NCBI GenBank assembly: GCA_963814715.1
Contig: CAWFDW010000003.1
Coordinates: forward strand, 216,298-280,297
Reading direction: 5' to 3'
From: an uncultured delta proteobacterium
GTDB lineage: Bacteria; Desulfobacterota; Binatia; Binatales; Binataceae
DNA: 64,000 bases
In this document: piece after piece, positions 19,165 through 30,521 of the stretch
Position numbering within the stretch: position 1 is the stretch's first letter
Layout: every line of letters begins with the position of its first letter
Position numbers and translations under genes: made by a program
The notes under the pieces: generated by a model
Database searches by the model: none
Seen by the model: only the letters and a program-made list of their open reading frames with translations
Told to the model about the DNA's origin: nothing

Positions 19165-19842
19165 TTAGCGGCTCATCGGCCAGACTGCCCAGACCCGCCG
19201 GTTGAGCGAATAGGTGATCGACAGCGTGACGAACGAGAACGCCAACAGCAAAAGCGCCATGCGATTGGCCCCGGCATAGTCGAGTGCCTGCGTCTGATCG
19301 TAAATCGCGATCGAAACGGTTCGCGTGACGCCCGGGATGTTGCCGCCGACCATCAGCACTACGCCGAACTCGCCAAGCGTGTGCGCGAAGCTCAGTACGA
19401 AACCGGTGACGACGCCAGTGATCGAAAGCGGCAGCACGACGCGCAGGAATGTGCGGAATCGAGACGCGCCGAGTATCGACGACGCGTTGATCAGATCGCG
19501 ATCGACCTGCGAGAACGCCGCCGCCATCGGCTGCACCGCGAAGGGCAGACTATAGATGACCGACGCGATCGCCAGGCCTTCGAACGTGAACGGTAACGCA
19601 TGGCCGGTGAATGATTGATACCAGCGGCCGAAAGGGCTGTGCGAACCCATCGCGACCAGTACGTAGAAGCCGAGCACGGTCGGCGGCAGCACGAGAGGCA
19701 GCGCGACGATGGATTCGACGAAAAATTTCCAGCGCCAGCGTGTGAAGCTGAGCCACAGAGCGATGGGCGTCCCGACTATCAGCAGAGTTGAGCAAACGAC
19801 CAGCGCGAGCCGCAGCGTCAGAAAGATCGCGCGCCAATCCAT
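19165..19842 (-). CDS. modB: molybdate ABC transporter permease
   Basis: 225 aa with 5-6 TM segments and the EAA-type loop (ASSILGASRFRTFLRVVLPL). It lies between modA and modC. Confidence 0.88.
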   Translation of the reverse strand: MDWRAIFLTLRLALVVCSTLLIVGTPIALWLSFTRWRWKFFVESIVALPLVLPPTVLGFYVLVAMGSHSPFGRWYQSFTGHALPFTFEGLAIASVIYSLPFAVQPMAAAFSQVDRDLINASSILGASRFRTFLRVVLPLSITGVVTGFVLSFAHTLGEFGVVLMVGGNIPGVTRTVSIAIYDQTQALDYAGANRMALLLLAFSFVTLSITYSLNRRVWAVWPMSR

Positions 19843-19848
19843 CGGCGG

Positions 19849-20688
19849 TCAGTGCGCCAACGTTTCGCGGTCGCCGTGATCCGCGGCAACGTCTCTGGGA
19901 ATCGAGAAGCCGTATCGTTCCATCAGCGCAACGGTTCCGGGTTCCTTGAGAAATTTAAGGAACTGCTTTGCCAATTCCTTGTTGCGCGATGATTTCAGAA
20001 TCGCGCCGGCCTGGATGAGCGGCGGATAAGCCGCCGACGGAATTTCGACATAGCGTCCGCTGTCCTTCATCGCAGGCGCGACTGCGAGCGAGAGCGCGAG
20101 CAGGCCGACGTCGGCGTTGCCGGATTGAACGAACTGCGCGGTCTGCGAAATATTTTCGCCAAGCACAAGCTTGCCTTTGACCTTATCGTATACCGCCGCG
20201 TGACGCATCGCCGCGACGGCTGCGACGCCGTACGGCGCGTGCTGCGGATTGGCGATCGCGATTTTTCTGATACCGGGATCGAGCAGCGCCGGTAGGCCGC
20301 GGCTCAAGTCGAGCTTCGATGCGTTGGGCACCCACATCACAAGTTTTCCGCTCGCATAGTCATAGATAGTGCCAGGCTCGATCAGGCCGGCAGCCTCGAG
20401 CTTCTGCGGATAGCCCACGTCGGCGGAAAAGAAAAGATCGAACGGGGCGCCATTTTGAATCTGCGCGAAAAAATTTCCCGAGGAACCGTAAGTGAGCTTC
20501 ACGCTGCTGCCGGTCTGCTTTTCAAATTGCGCGGCGACGTCCTTGAAGGCGAACGTCAGGTCTGACGCGGCAGCGATCTTGATCTCCGCGGCGCCGGCCC
20601 GGGCGGGCAGCCACAGGCAAAGAAGTGCTGCGAGAATAACGGTTAGGTTCGCGAATCGCAGTTTATTGTGCGCCATAATACTTGTCAT
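19849..20688 (-). CDS. modA: molybdate ABC transporter substrate-binding protein
   Basis: Signal peptide, then [13 protein letters not shown].....[23 protein letters not shown], the typical ModA pattern. Confidence 0.88.
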   Translation of the reverse strand: MTSIMAHNKLRFANLTVILAALLCLWLPARAGAAEIKIAAASDLTFAFKDVAAQFEKQTGSSVKLTYGSSGNFFAQIQNGAPFDLFFSADVGYPQKLEAAGLIEPGTIYDYASGKLVMWVPNASKLDLSRGLPALLDPGIRKIAIANPQHAPYGVAAVAAMRHAAVYDKVKGKLVLGENISQTAQFVQSGNADVGLLALSLAVAPAMKDSGRYVEIPSAAYPPLIQAGAILKSSRNKELAKQFLKFLKEPGTVALMERYGFSIPRDVAADHGDRETLAH

Positions 20689-20796
20689 ATCGCTAGAATA
20701 ATGGCACAGGTTTGGATCGTCGCACAGTGGCGCCGGCGGTTTCGGCGAGGACCGGCAAGGATTGATTCGCGCCTCGAGTCATCGTTAAGTAGGCAA

Positions 20797-21297
20797 ATGA
20801 GCAGCACACACAAACTTGCGGTATTTGGCGCGGGATGCTTCTGGGGTGTCGAGTCGGCTTTTCGCGCGGTCGAAGGCGTCGTCGATGTGGCCGTCGGATA
20901 TGCGGGCGGCACCGTGCCGAAACCCAACTACCGAACGGTCTGCGGCGGCAAGACGGGACACGCCGAAGTAGTGCAGGTCGAGTACGACCCCGCCCGCGTA
21001 TCGTTCGATCAGTTGCTCGACATCTTTTGGCAGATACACGATCCGACGACGCTTAACCGGCAGGGTCCCGACGTCGGCACGCAATACCGCTCGATCGTCT
21101 TTTATTCGGACGAGCATGAGCGGAAGACCGCCGAGGAATCGAAACGGCGCCTCGACGAATCGGGAAAGCTCGGCCGGCCGGTCGTGACACAGATTGCTCC
21201 CACCGCGGAGTTCTACCGTGCCGAGGAATATCATCAGCGCTACTACGAGCGGATGGGTATCGCGCCGGCCTGCGGAATCCACGGACGCGTCGATTAG
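20797..21297 (+). CDS. msrA: peptide-methionine (S)-S-oxide reductase
   Basis: GCFWGVE active-site motif, [25 protein letters not shown] 20797 is preferred over the 43-codon upstream extension, which overlaps modA. Confidence 0.92.
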   Translation: MSSTHKLAVFGAGCFWGVESAFRAVEGVVDVAVGYAGGTVPKPNYRTVCGGKTGHAEVVQVEYDPARVSFDQLLDIFWQIHDPTTLNRQGPDVGTQYRSIVFYSDEHERKTAEESKRRLDESGKLGRPVVTQIAPTAEFYRAEEYHQRYYERMGIAPACGIHGRVD

Positions 21298-21307
21298 CGA
21301 TCGGCGG

Positions 21308-21916
21308 CTATGCGGTCGCGCTTGGTCGCGACGAGACCGCCTGATGCCATCGCGCTAGATTCTTCTGCTCCGGCTGAATCGAAATATTGTTGAACTTCGC
21401 AAAGTCGATGACGACCATCGCCGTGATATCCGCGATTGAGTACTTGTCGCCGGCGATAAACTGCTTGCCGTCGAGCTCGCGGTCGAGCCACTGATACCGC
21501 TGCTCGACGACCTTGCGCGACTGCTCGCCCATCTCGGGAATTTGTTTGATCCGCGCGCGCGTCAGTTCGTGCGAATGCCCCCAGACCATTCCGACCGGCA
21601 CGAACAGCGCCAGCTCGATGCGTCGATTCCACATTTCTACGCTGGCCTGATCGAAAGCACCCTTGCCGAACAGTGCGGGCTCGGGGTGTAGCAGTTCGAA
21701 GTAGCGACAGATCGCGACGCTCTCGGCGAGGTGCCTGCCGTCATCGAGCTCGAGCACCGGAATCCCGCCGAGCGAATTCTTCTTCAGGAAGTCCGGCTGG
21801 CGATTGACGCCCTTGAAGATATCGACTTCCTCGAGCGGTACGCTGATCCCTTTTTCAGCCAGGAAGACGCGCACGCGCCGCGGATTGGGCGCGAGTTTAT
21901 AGTCGTAAATTTTCAT
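21308..21916 (-). CDS. glutathione S-transferase family protein
   Basis: Thioredoxin-like N-domain (MKIYDYKLAPNPRRVRVFLAEKGI...GGIPVLELDDGRHLAESVAICRYF) plus a helical C-domain. ATG 21916 lies 7 nt after GGAG. Confidence 0.85.
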   Translation of the reverse strand: MKIYDYKLAPNPRRVRVFLAEKGISVPLEEVDIFKGVNRQPDFLKKNSLGGIPVLELDDGRHLAESVAICRYFELLHPEPALFGKGAFDQASVEMWNRRIELALFVPVGMVWGHSHELTRARIKQIPEMGEQSRKVVEQRYQWLDRELDGKQFIAGDKYSIADITAMVVIDFAKFNNISIQPEQKNLARWHQAVSSRPSATA

Positions 21917-22650
21917 TCGATTCTCCAGCGTTGGATTTTCCGTCACGATGGCGGTCGCGACACGCTATTTAACAGGTATCGCGTGTCCGAAGGTAACGCT
22001 GGACCAAACGGTCGCCCGACGTGTGTGCGAAAGCCTTATCTTACAGTGGATAGTCGGTCGGCCACTGCTCTTGCAGGTCGCGGTCGATCGCACGCCGCGG
22101 CTTCTGGAAAAAGTAGTCGGAATGCCAAGGCGGGCGAAATCTAAGGAGGAGACGGCTCAGCACTCCAGGGTGCGAAGGTCTTGCCTGGTTAATCTGATGT
22201 TCCGACGTGCGGAGCCCATTCGACGCATTTGGCAGCATCTTCGCGCCCTCCCCAAGGTGCGTTAATACTTACATCCCGCCCATCCGAACCGCCTCTCCTT
22301 GATGGAAGAGTGAGCAATCAATGTGCCACCAAGCTATTTGATAATACCGCAAGGTATACGCTGCGCATCTAGTCGGTCGCGTCAACCCGGCACTACAATT
22401 TGTAGAGTTGCTGCAACATGTTTGTCGCTCACGCTACTTATTCCGTTCATCGCTTGTCATTAACGTGCTCTCGCGGCGGCGTTGGTCGCGACGGCTAGCT
22501 AGTTCAAGACTCCAGGGAGTATGGCTAAGTGTCCGGCGCGATTGCTCGCTTCGAGCGATCGCTGGCGGCTTTGAGAGAGGATTTGCGCGCGACGAAATTT
22601 TGCCGATGAAACGCCAAAAGTCTGGCAACGTCGGCGGGGGCCGACGCGGC

Positions 22651-23520
22651 TTAGATTGAATCGGTGCTCGCTGGCTCCTCGATCACCCTGTTCTCGAGCT
22701 TGCCAATCTTCTCGATCTCGATTCGCACCACGTCGCCCGCCTTGAGCCATTTGGGAGGATTCATCGCCGCTGCAACTCCGCCCGGCGTGCCGGTCGAGAT
22801 GATCGTCCCCGGCAGCAGGGTGAAGACCGTCGAGAGCGTTTCGACCTGCGCGAAGCAGTCGAAAATCAGGTTGCTGGTGTTCGAATGCTGCCGCTGCTCG
22901 CCGTTCACGAACGTCTTCAGGTCCAGCTTGTGCGGATCGCCAATCTCGTCCGGCGTTACCATCCACGGTCCAATCGGCCCGTGCGTGTCGAACGACTTGC
23001 CCAACGTCATCGTTGGCGAACGGCGCTGCCAGTCACGCACGCTGACGTCGTTCACGATCACGTATCCGGCGATTACCTCGTGAGCGCGATCCCGCGACAC
23101 GTGACGGCATCGCCGGCCAATCACGAATCCCAGCTCGCCTTCGTAATCGAGCGCCGACGACGCGCGCGGCAGATGAATCGGATCGCCCGGGCCGGTCACG
23201 CAGCTCGTTTGCTTGTTGAAGAACATCGGAAACTCGGGCCGCTTCATCTTCGTCTCTTCGACGTGATCGGCGTAGTTGAGCCCGATGGCGAGAAACTCCG
23301 GCGGCCGCGCGATGGGCGCCTCGAGCTTGACGCTCGACAGCGCAATCCGATGCGCGGAATCCTTCGCCGCCGCGGCCGCGCGGTCAATCGCGCGCGGTCC
23401 CGCGATTAGAAACGCGATCATCTCGCGCGGCAATTCGGTGGTCGCCGCGGCGAGATCAACTATCGAGTCTTCGACGACGACGCCTAATCCGCGTCGTGCC
23501 GCCATGGGTGAATGTCGCAA
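22651..23520 (-). CDS. fumarylacetoacetate hydrolase (FAH) family hydratase/decarboxylase
   Basis: C-terminal FAH-domain motifs: LDYEGELGFVIG, VNDVSVRDWQ, KSFDTHGPIGPW, GTIISTGTPGGV. Confidence 0.88.
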   Translation of the reverse strand: MRHSPMAARRGLGVVVEDSIVDLAAATTELPREMIAFLIAGPRAIDRAAAAAKDSAHRIALSSVKLEAPIARPPEFLAIGLNYADHVEETKMKRPEFPMFFNKQTSCVTGPGDPIHLPRASSALDYEGELGFVIGRRCRHVSRDRAHEVIAGYVIVNDVSVRDWQRRSPTMTLGKSFDTHGPIGPWMVTPDEIGDPHKLDLKTFVNGEQRQHSNTSNLIFDCFAQVETLSTVFTLLPGTIISTGTPGGVAAAMNPPKWLKAGDVVRIEIEKIGKLENRVIEEPASTDSI

Positions 23521-23570
23521 GTTTCATTCGACTCCAGCCGCTATCGTTCGTTCGGTTTGATTATTTCGAA

Positions 23571-24179
23571 CTATTGATTGGTGCCCATCAGCCGCCGCAT
23601 CGTTTCCGGATCGAGGCCCTTGGTCACGTCGTATTTCTTGAGGTCGGACTCCGGCACGCCCGCGTGAAAGTCGTGTGCCAGTTGGTCGGGATTGAAGCTC
23701 ACCCCAATCGGATTCTTCTGCATCGCGTCGCTCTGGAAAAATCCCTTCAGCTCCTCGACCGAATCGAAATTGTCGATTTGCAGCTCGACGCGATTGCCGT
23801 CGGGATCGCGATAGTACAGCGACGTCGTCGGTCCGTGATTGATCGTCACGACCGGCAGGATGCCCGCCTGCTTGAGCCGTTCGTAAGTGAAAACCAGGTC
23901 GCCGAGATTGGAGTAGGTGTACGCCAGATGGTCGAGTCCGACCGCGTGGCATGGTCTGTCTTCGAGCCCCGGCACCGCGGCGATTGCGATGCGGTGATGC
24001 TCGTCGTCGTAGGTCATGAATGCGAGCATGCCGTTGCTGTGAACGATCTCGGCTTGCAACACGGTAGTGTACCAATCGACCATCGGCTGAAATTGCTTGG
24101 TGGCGAGCACGGCGTGCGCGAATTTCGCGGGCACGACGCGCCGGGTTCCATTTCCGTTCGCGGCTGAGCTTGATGACAT
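23571..24179 (-). CDS. VOC-family (extradiol dioxygenase / glyoxalase-like) protein
   Basis: ATG 24179 lies 7 nt after GGAGGA. Contains HAVLAT....W...L, GLDHLAYTY and SLYYRDPDGNRVELQ, resembling the biphenyl-diol dioxygenase III-related subfamily. It lies directly upstream of the FAH gene in the same orientation. Confidence 0.8.
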   Translation of the reverse strand: MSSSSAANGNGTRRVVPAKFAHAVLATKQFQPMVDWYTTVLQAEIVHSNGMLAFMTYDDEHHRIAIAAVPGLEDRPCHAVGLDHLAYTYSNLGDLVFTYERLKQAGILPVVTINHGPTTSLYYRDPDGNRVELQIDNFDSVEELKGFFQSDAMQKNPIGVSFNPDQLAHDFHAGVPESDLKKYDVTKGLDPETMRRLMGTNQ

Positions 24180-24297
24180 CGCGAGTCCTCCTCGACGGGG
24201 TTCGACCCGGTGCGGGAGCCGGTGTCGCTCTCTTCTTATTGCAGTGATCGGCACGCCGGACAAGGAAGGCGAGGGTACATTTGCACAACAAAGAAGA

Positions 24298-24343
24298 ACG
24301 CCCGCCGGTGCGTGCCCCCCTTTGGGAACGCACCGGCGGGCGT
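24298..24343 (-). terminator. Rho-independent terminator (16-bp perfect stem plus T-rich tail on the minus strand)
   Basis: ACGCCCGCCGGTGCGT-14 nt loop-ACGCACCGGCGGGCGT. On the minus strand it is followed by TCTTCTTTGTTG. It lies 114 nt downstream of the small ORF 24457-24624. Confidence 0.6.
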
Positions 24344-24456
24344 GAGGACTCGAAGTGAGAAGTTTTCTAATTCCCCAGTTCGCGTTTAATTTTCCTGGCG
24401 GGGGATCCGTTCATCACAAACCACCCCGCCAGGGCGCGCTCGGGGGATTGACGCCT

Positions 24457-24624
24457 TTATAAAATGAACCAGCAGCTTGCGGCTGCGATGTAGAAGACGG
24501 CGACTGCCACCAGGGCGAAGACCGCGATCTCGTCGAGCTGATCGCCGAGCCGGCCTTTGAGGTCTTTGGCTGGCCGGAAGTCGTCCGCCGGGGCAAAGAA
24601 ATCGTGATAAAGTGTCGATAGCAT
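24457..24624 (-). CDS. 55-aa tail-anchored small membrane protein (below the track cutoff)
   Basis: AGGAGG lies 7 nt before ATG 24624. Product: MLSTLYHDFFAPADDFRPAKDLKGRLGDQLDEIAVFALVAVAVFYIAAASCWFIL, with one C-terminal TM helix. It has its own terminator downstream. Confidence 0.45.
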   Translation of the reverse strand: MLSTLYHDFFAPADDFRPAKDLKGRLGDQLDEIAVFALVAVAVFYIAAASCWFIL

Positions 24625-24791
24625 CACCGTTCCTCCTACTCTGTTGGCCCCTTCATTAAATTAGGCGTTACGTTCGACTGAACAATTTGTTCAGTGAATT
24701 GAACGGGATGGCGGAATTGAGCTAAGTGGCTGAAAAGTAAGTAGATTTGCCGCCTGTCTGCGCCTTATGTCCTTCAGCGCGAAGCTCTTGT

Positions 24792-24818
24792 GTCATTCTG
24801 AGCGAAGCAAAGAATCCC
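24792..24818 (+). repeat. dispersed repeat GTCATTCTGAGCGAAGCAAAGAATCCC (translates as VILSEAKNP)
   Basis: Related copies (GTCATCCTGAC...) occur at 30830, 30868 and 30970. From memory, this motif is a common intergenic repeat in soil-bacterial genomes. Confidence 0.55.
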
Positions 24819-24942
24819 GGATCTTTCTCGAAGTCTGCCGACGCACCCCAACCACGGCGCATGCGAGCTGATTCGGAATGCAACCGTGGGGTTGCGGTTT
24901 GTCTGGAACAGTGTAAGTGTAAGCGCAACTCAGAGGTTGCGT

Positions 24943-25293
24943 ATGCGCACAAGCACCGAACGCATTGAGAAACTTGCCGACGCCGCGCCGATCTTCGCCG
25001 CGCTGGGCGACGATACTCGATTGCACATCGTCGCCCGGCTGTGCGGCGATGGGCCGCTGTCGATCGTGCAGTTGGCCAACGGTGCCTCCGTCTCGCGCCA
25101 GGCAATCACGAAACATCTGCATGCCCTGGAAGAGGCGGGGCTGACCCGCAGCGCTCGCGTCGGCCGCGAACGCATCTGGGAGCTGCAGACGAGGCGGCTC
25201 ACCGAAGCGCGGCGTTACATTGACCAGATTTCGCAGGATTGGGACGCGGCGATACTCAGGCTCAAGGCGTTCGTCGAGCGGCAGGAGGAATAA
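24943..25293 (+). CDS. ArsR-family transcriptional regulator
   Basis: FAALGDDTRLHIVARL..GPLSIVQLANGASVSRQAITKHLHALEEAGLTRSARVGRERIWEL is the classic ArsR winged HTH. Confidence 0.85.
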   Translation: MRTSTERIEKLADAAPIFAALGDDTRLHIVARLCGDGPLSIVQLANGASVSRQAITKHLHALEEAGLTRSARVGRERIWELQTRRLTEARRYIDQISQDWDAAILRLKAFVERQEE

Positions 25294-25382
25294 ATCCGCC
25301 TCCGCAAACGGCGGAGCGTGCCGATCGGCAATCTTGTACGGGACGCCTACAATCGGCACAGTCTTGGTAGGCGGGCACCGAT

Positions 25383-27451
25383 GTGACCAGGAACGGGAAC
25401 TTTTTCAATCTTTACAACCACGATTTCGTGCGGATCGCCGTTGGTGTTCCGTCGGTTCGCGTCGCCGATCCTGCCTACAACAGCGAGCACACCATCGCGC
25501 TGATCCGGGATGCCGCCGAGCGCAAGGCGATGCTCGCGCTGTTTCCCGAATTGGGGATAACGGCCTACTCGTGCGACGACCTGTTCCAGCAGCGCGCGCT
25601 GCTCGACTCGTGCCTCGACGCAATCGCGGCGGTGGTCGAAGCGACGTCGAAGCTTTCCATTGTCAGCGTGATTGGCGCGCCGCTCCAGATAGACAATCAT
25701 CTGTTTAACTGCGCCGTCGTGATTCATCGCGGGAAGATTCTCGGCGTCGTGCCGAAGACGAATCTGCCGAACTACCGCGAATTTTACGAGCCGCGGCAAT
25801 TCACCTCGGCCGATGCCGCGACCCGCGACGAGATCGATCTCGCCGGGAATCGCGAGTGTGCCGTTCGGCAACAATCTAATCTTCCAGCACGAGGAGCAGC
25901 CGCTGCTCACCTTCCACGCCGAAATTTGCGAGGATCTGTGGGTGCCGATTGCGCCGTCATCGTACGCGGCGCTGGCCGGTGCAACTGTGCTGCTGAATCT
26001 GTCGGCGTCGAACATCACGATTGGCAAGGCCGACTATCGTCGCTCGCTGGTCGCGAGCCAATCCGCGCGATGCCTCGCGGCGTACGCATACTCGGCGGCC
26101 GGCGTTGGTGAATCGACGACCGACCTCGCGTGGGACGGGCACGCTCTGATCGCTGAGAACGGCAACATTCTGGCCGAGTCCGAGCGCTTCAAGGATCAGC
26201 CGCAAGTGATTTGCGCGGAGCTCGATCTCGAGCGGCTGTCGCAGGAGCGGATGCGGCAGAACACCTTCGGCGACAGCGCTCAGCGCGAGCATGAGCGAAT
26301 CCGACGCTTTCGGCGGATTTCATTTTCAAGCGAATTGCCGCGGCGCGGAAAGATACCGTTGCAGAGGCGCTACGAACGATTTCCTTATGTGCCTTCGGAT
26401 CCCGCGACGCGCGACGAGCGATGCGCCGAAGTTTTCGACATCCAGGTCCAGGGCCTCGCGACGCGTCTGCGCTCAACCGGCCTCGATCGCGTGGTCATCG
26501 GCGTGTCCGGCGGGATCGATTCGACGCACGCACTGCTGGTATGCGCGCGCGCGATGGATCGTCTCGGCACGCCGCGCAAGAAAATTCTCGCCGTCACGAT
26601 GCCCGGGTTCGCCACCAGCGCGCGAACCCTCGAGCAGGCTCGCCGCCTGATGAAGTCGCTCGGCTGCTCGACCGAGGAAATAGACATCAAGCCGAGCTGC
26701 ATGCAGATGCTCAAGGACATCGGGCATCCGTACGCCGAGGGCAAACAGGTTTACGACGTCACCTTCGAGAACGTGCAGGCGGGCGAGCGCACCAGCCATC
26801 TTTTTCGATTGGCGAATCTGCGCGGCGGACTCGTGGTCGGCACCGGCGACCTGAGCGAGCTTGCGCTTGGATGGTGCACCTACGGCGTCGGCGATCACAT
26901 GTCGCATTACAGCGTCAACGCGAGCGTGCCGAAGACGCTGATCCAGCACGTCATTCGATGGCTGGCGCAGACCGAGAACCTCGGCCGCGAGACCAGTGCG
27001 ACGCTGCTCGAGATTCTGGCGACGCCAATCAGCCCCGAGCTGATTCCCGGCACGTCGGCGGACGGGCATCCCAGCCACGATACCGAGGCGACGATTGGTC
27101 CCTACGAGCTGCACGATTTTTTTCTCTACTACACGCTTGCGCTTCGGATATCCGCCGCCCAAGGTCGCGTTCCTCGCGTACAATGCGTGGCGCGACAAGG
27201 ACGCGGGCGAATGGCCGGACATCCCGCAGGATCGCCGCAACCAGTACGACATCGCGACCATCAAGGGACATCTGCACACGTTTCTTTACCGGTTCTTTCA
27301 GCAGAGCCAGTTCAAGCGCAGCACGATTCCCAACGCGCCCAAAGTTGGCTCGGGTGGATCGCTCTCGCCGCGCGGCGACTGGCGCGCGCCGTCGGACAGC
27401 GAAGCGATTGCATGGCTCGATCAATTGAAGTCGATCCCCGACAAAGACTAA
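25383..27451 (+). CDS. nadE: glutamine-dependent NAD+ synthetase (long form); two frameshifts (25857, 27139)
   Basis: N-terminal CN-hydrolase domain (VRIAVGVP...[25 protein letters not shown]). Synthetase domain ([25 protein letters not shown]). Three track ORFs join cleanly: ...DLAGNRE|VPFGNNLIF... and ...FFLYYTL|[17 protein letters not shown].... Total about 688 aa. Confidence 0.9.
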
Positions 27452-27499
27452 TCTCGCCATCGTAAATTTCAGAGCAGGTGCCTGCGCTCGAGGAGTGAG

Positions 27500-28295
27500 A
27501 TGCTGAAGTCTTTGCGAACTACACTTGCATTGCTTGCGATAACGGTCGCGCTCGCCGCGCCTTCGTTTGCGCAACAGTCAGATACGCCGCAATCCCCCAA
27601 ACCGCAGGAGTCGCCGTGGGCGATGCGCGCGCCGGCCGCCGTCCCGCATGGCGCTCCGACTCTGTCGGCCAAAGAGATGGCTGCGATGAAGGAGGCCGAG
27701 AAGGGCACGCCGGATCAGCAGGCATTCGCGCACAAGGTCGCCGACGCGATGTCCGCGAAAGATTTCGCCGCGATGAAGCAGCTGTTCGCACCGTCCACCT
27801 TGACCTGTATCGGTAAGCACGATGATTTTCTTCAGGACCGAATCAAGAAACAATTCGAGCTTCCGATTAATCGGAAATTCCAGCTGAAAATCACCAAGCT
27901 GCCACCGAACATAATGACCGGATCGAAATTCGCGACCTACCCGATGAAGGCGACTCATCTGATGACCATGGATTTCACCGCTCCCGACGGCAATCGTGAC
28001 ACGGTGAACCTCCCCATCGGCCAGGAAGCGGGCAAATGGTACGAGGCGCATCCGTGTCCAACCGAAGCCGGCATGGTTCGTTTCGGCAAGGTGCAACAGA
28101 TGCGGGCGGTCGCTCACGACCGGGCAAAGGCGGCGGCGACGCAGGTCAAGGATCCGGTCAAGTCGCAACTACTCGCGCTGATTGGCAAGCACGACAGTAT
28201 CTCTGCCTGGCGGACGTGCATGAGCTCGCTGCACTATGACTTTCCGACCTGCCGCGGAATCGTTGCGATCCTCTCGGGCGATACGGATCTACTGA
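27500..28295 (+). CDS. secreted hypothetical protein; 3' end uncertain (no in-frame stop until 28813)
   Basis: Signal peptide MLKSLRTTLALLAITVALAAPSFAQ. The sequence is protein-like to about 28280. Beyond that the frame is Arg-rich and antisense to the convergent hydrolase gene. Skipping G28280 would end the protein at TGA 28293-28295 (inference). Confidence 0.5.
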
Positions 28296-30521
28296 GGCGC
28301 AGATACAGGCGCCGGTCCCAAAGGCTTTCCACCGGGTCCGCTGGAATAGCTCATCCAGGGAATCGTCGGTTGCTGATCGACACCCGGCTTGCTGTAGTCG
28401 CATACGCCGGTCGGGAAAGTCTGTTGGAGCTGCGTCCATTCGGCGTCGGTGAACTGGATCGGGTAGTAATCTGCCATGTCCAGTGCCTTCAACTGACACT
28501 TGAGGACGTCGCCGGTGAACGGCTCTCCCGCGGCAATCCGCGGCTCTGCGTAGAACGGATACAACAGTTGGCATGCGGTCTGATCGCCAATTTCGTTGCC
28601 GACCCCATCGAAACACGCGTCGTGCGCTGCGGCGGGCTTGTCGTTTACGACCTTTTGCGCAAGCGGCACATTGGTCTTGTCCGCCGCGATCGCCGCCAGC
28701 CAATTGTCCATGACCGTCAGCGCCTGCGAACGCAAATGGCGACGAGAACGATCCCGCCACCATCGAGGCGAACGTCGCATCGCCGGCCAGAGGCGCCGGG
28801 CCGGTCCAGATGACCTGGTTGTCGTGATTGCCGTTGGATCGATCCAGCCGCGCGCGCATCTCATAGCTGTGATAGTCGGTGTGAATCTCCTCAACATCAT
28901 GCCCGCGTATATCAAGGATCGGGAGTGTCATGTTGTTCCCTTCGTTGAAGAGTCCGCCGCGATAGGCAATTGGTATCGCCGGAGGATCGGCTGGCGTGCG
29001 CTGAGGAACCGGGTTGTAGTCGATATCCCGGCTGCCGAGTTTTACGTTCAGATCGACAAATTGCGCCGGCGTGATCGCGCCCGCCATCAGCGCATTCAGA
29101 CCATACTGCACACCGACGTTGTCAGCCGGACGGTTTGCGAATCCGTCCTGCGGCCGCGCGCCGAGTTCGTCGATCATATAGTCGGCAAGATCGCATCGGA
29201 TGCCTTTGGGGTTCGTCTGCGGATCGTAGGCCTCATCCGCGGGCACGTTACAGCTTTGGAAGTCTTCAGCATCGTACAGGCCCGGCCCTGTAGTGACCTC
29301 CCTGGGATTGCCGCCCTCATCGAAACCGTAAACATTGATCCACGACTCGCAGATGTTGGGTCCCGGTTCTCCTTCGACGGCCGCTTCCTGGGTCGAGGTC
29401 CAGGCGATGCCCGTGCCCCACATATTGGGATTGTCGAAGTAGTCCACCATCAGCCTGCAATCCACGACCTCAATTGAGGTAGACCAGGAATCGGTGAAGC
29501 TGCAGTTCGGAAGAATCCCGTCGAAAATTCCCGGGTAGTCGTTCGCCGCTTGCTGCTGATAAATCGATCCGCCGGAACATCCGCTGCCGATTGTGTAACG
29601 GATCGGTCCGTAGGTCTCGACGATGTGCTCCTTGGCCATCATCAGCGATTCGGCTTGAACCACCAGGTTGCAGTTCTGCGTGTTGTGATCGAGCGCCGTC
29701 GACCAGACCATGAAGCCGCGGCCCAGCGCGTCGTTGTCCAACACGCTTGGCGGAGTGGTCTCACCATGATGCTCTCCGCATCCTGTTCCTCCGGTCACGT
29801 AAGTCTTGCCGTTCCACGCTTTCTGCGGCGCCCACGGCTGCCAGCCCTTGGTTGGATCGAACAGCACCGCGACTGAATACTGCCCGCGATCCTGGGCGCC
29901 GGTCTCGACTCGAACAATAAACGGAACCGTCATGCCCTGATCGGTTGTAGTCATCGCCACGGTGCCGGGTGTGGGCGGATTGTTCGGATCGTAGGTCTCA
30001 AATTGATTCGTCAGAACATCCTCGTACTCGTATTGGTAGGTGACCGGCTGATTGCATTGCGCGTCGGTGGCCCCGGCCAGGCATGGCCACGGTTGAATCT
30101 GCGGCCCGGAGAAAACCGGGCCGCCATTTGGATGGTTGGTGATCGTGATTGCCGCCGATCCCGCGCCCTTCGCGGTCGCCTTTAGAACATTCGCTCCGTT
30201 CACCAGGCCGATGACCAGCCCCTCGTAGAGGGAGTTGGGACGCACCGCAAACTCCTTGGTGATGTCATTGGCGCCGAGCGTGACCTTCACCGATGCCGGA
30301 CTAACGCCGGTGGGAATAGCAATCTGAACCAGCGCGTCGCCGCCCGAGACCAGGTCGGCGCGGTTCGACAGTACATTGATTTGCAGCGGTAGCGCCGAAT
30401 GCGTCGTCGCCGCGCGATACGTGCCCGTTCCGCCGGCGACTGCAAGTCCGAAGGTGAGCAGCACCAACAGAAAAGACCGCGATGACAGAATACCTGCCGC
30501 ATTTGTGACTTTGAGTTTCAT
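28289..30521 (-). CDS. secreted tannase/feruloyl-esterase-like alpha/beta hydrolase (DUF6351-like); frameshift near 28725-28745
   Basis: Signal peptide, nucleophile-elbow-like GSGCSGGS, many conserved Cys, and the C-terminal motif FPTGVCDYSKPGVDQQ. Two track ORFs (28158-30521 and 28289-28915) join at ...SSPFAF|QALTVMDNWLAAI.... The family name is from memory. Confidence 0.7.

Noticed and set aside
20689-20796. Molybdenum-cofactor riboswitch upstream of modA
   Set aside because: The divergent spacer is only about 108 nt. It lacks the conserved Moco-motif elements as far as I can judge by eye, and msrA starts at 20797.
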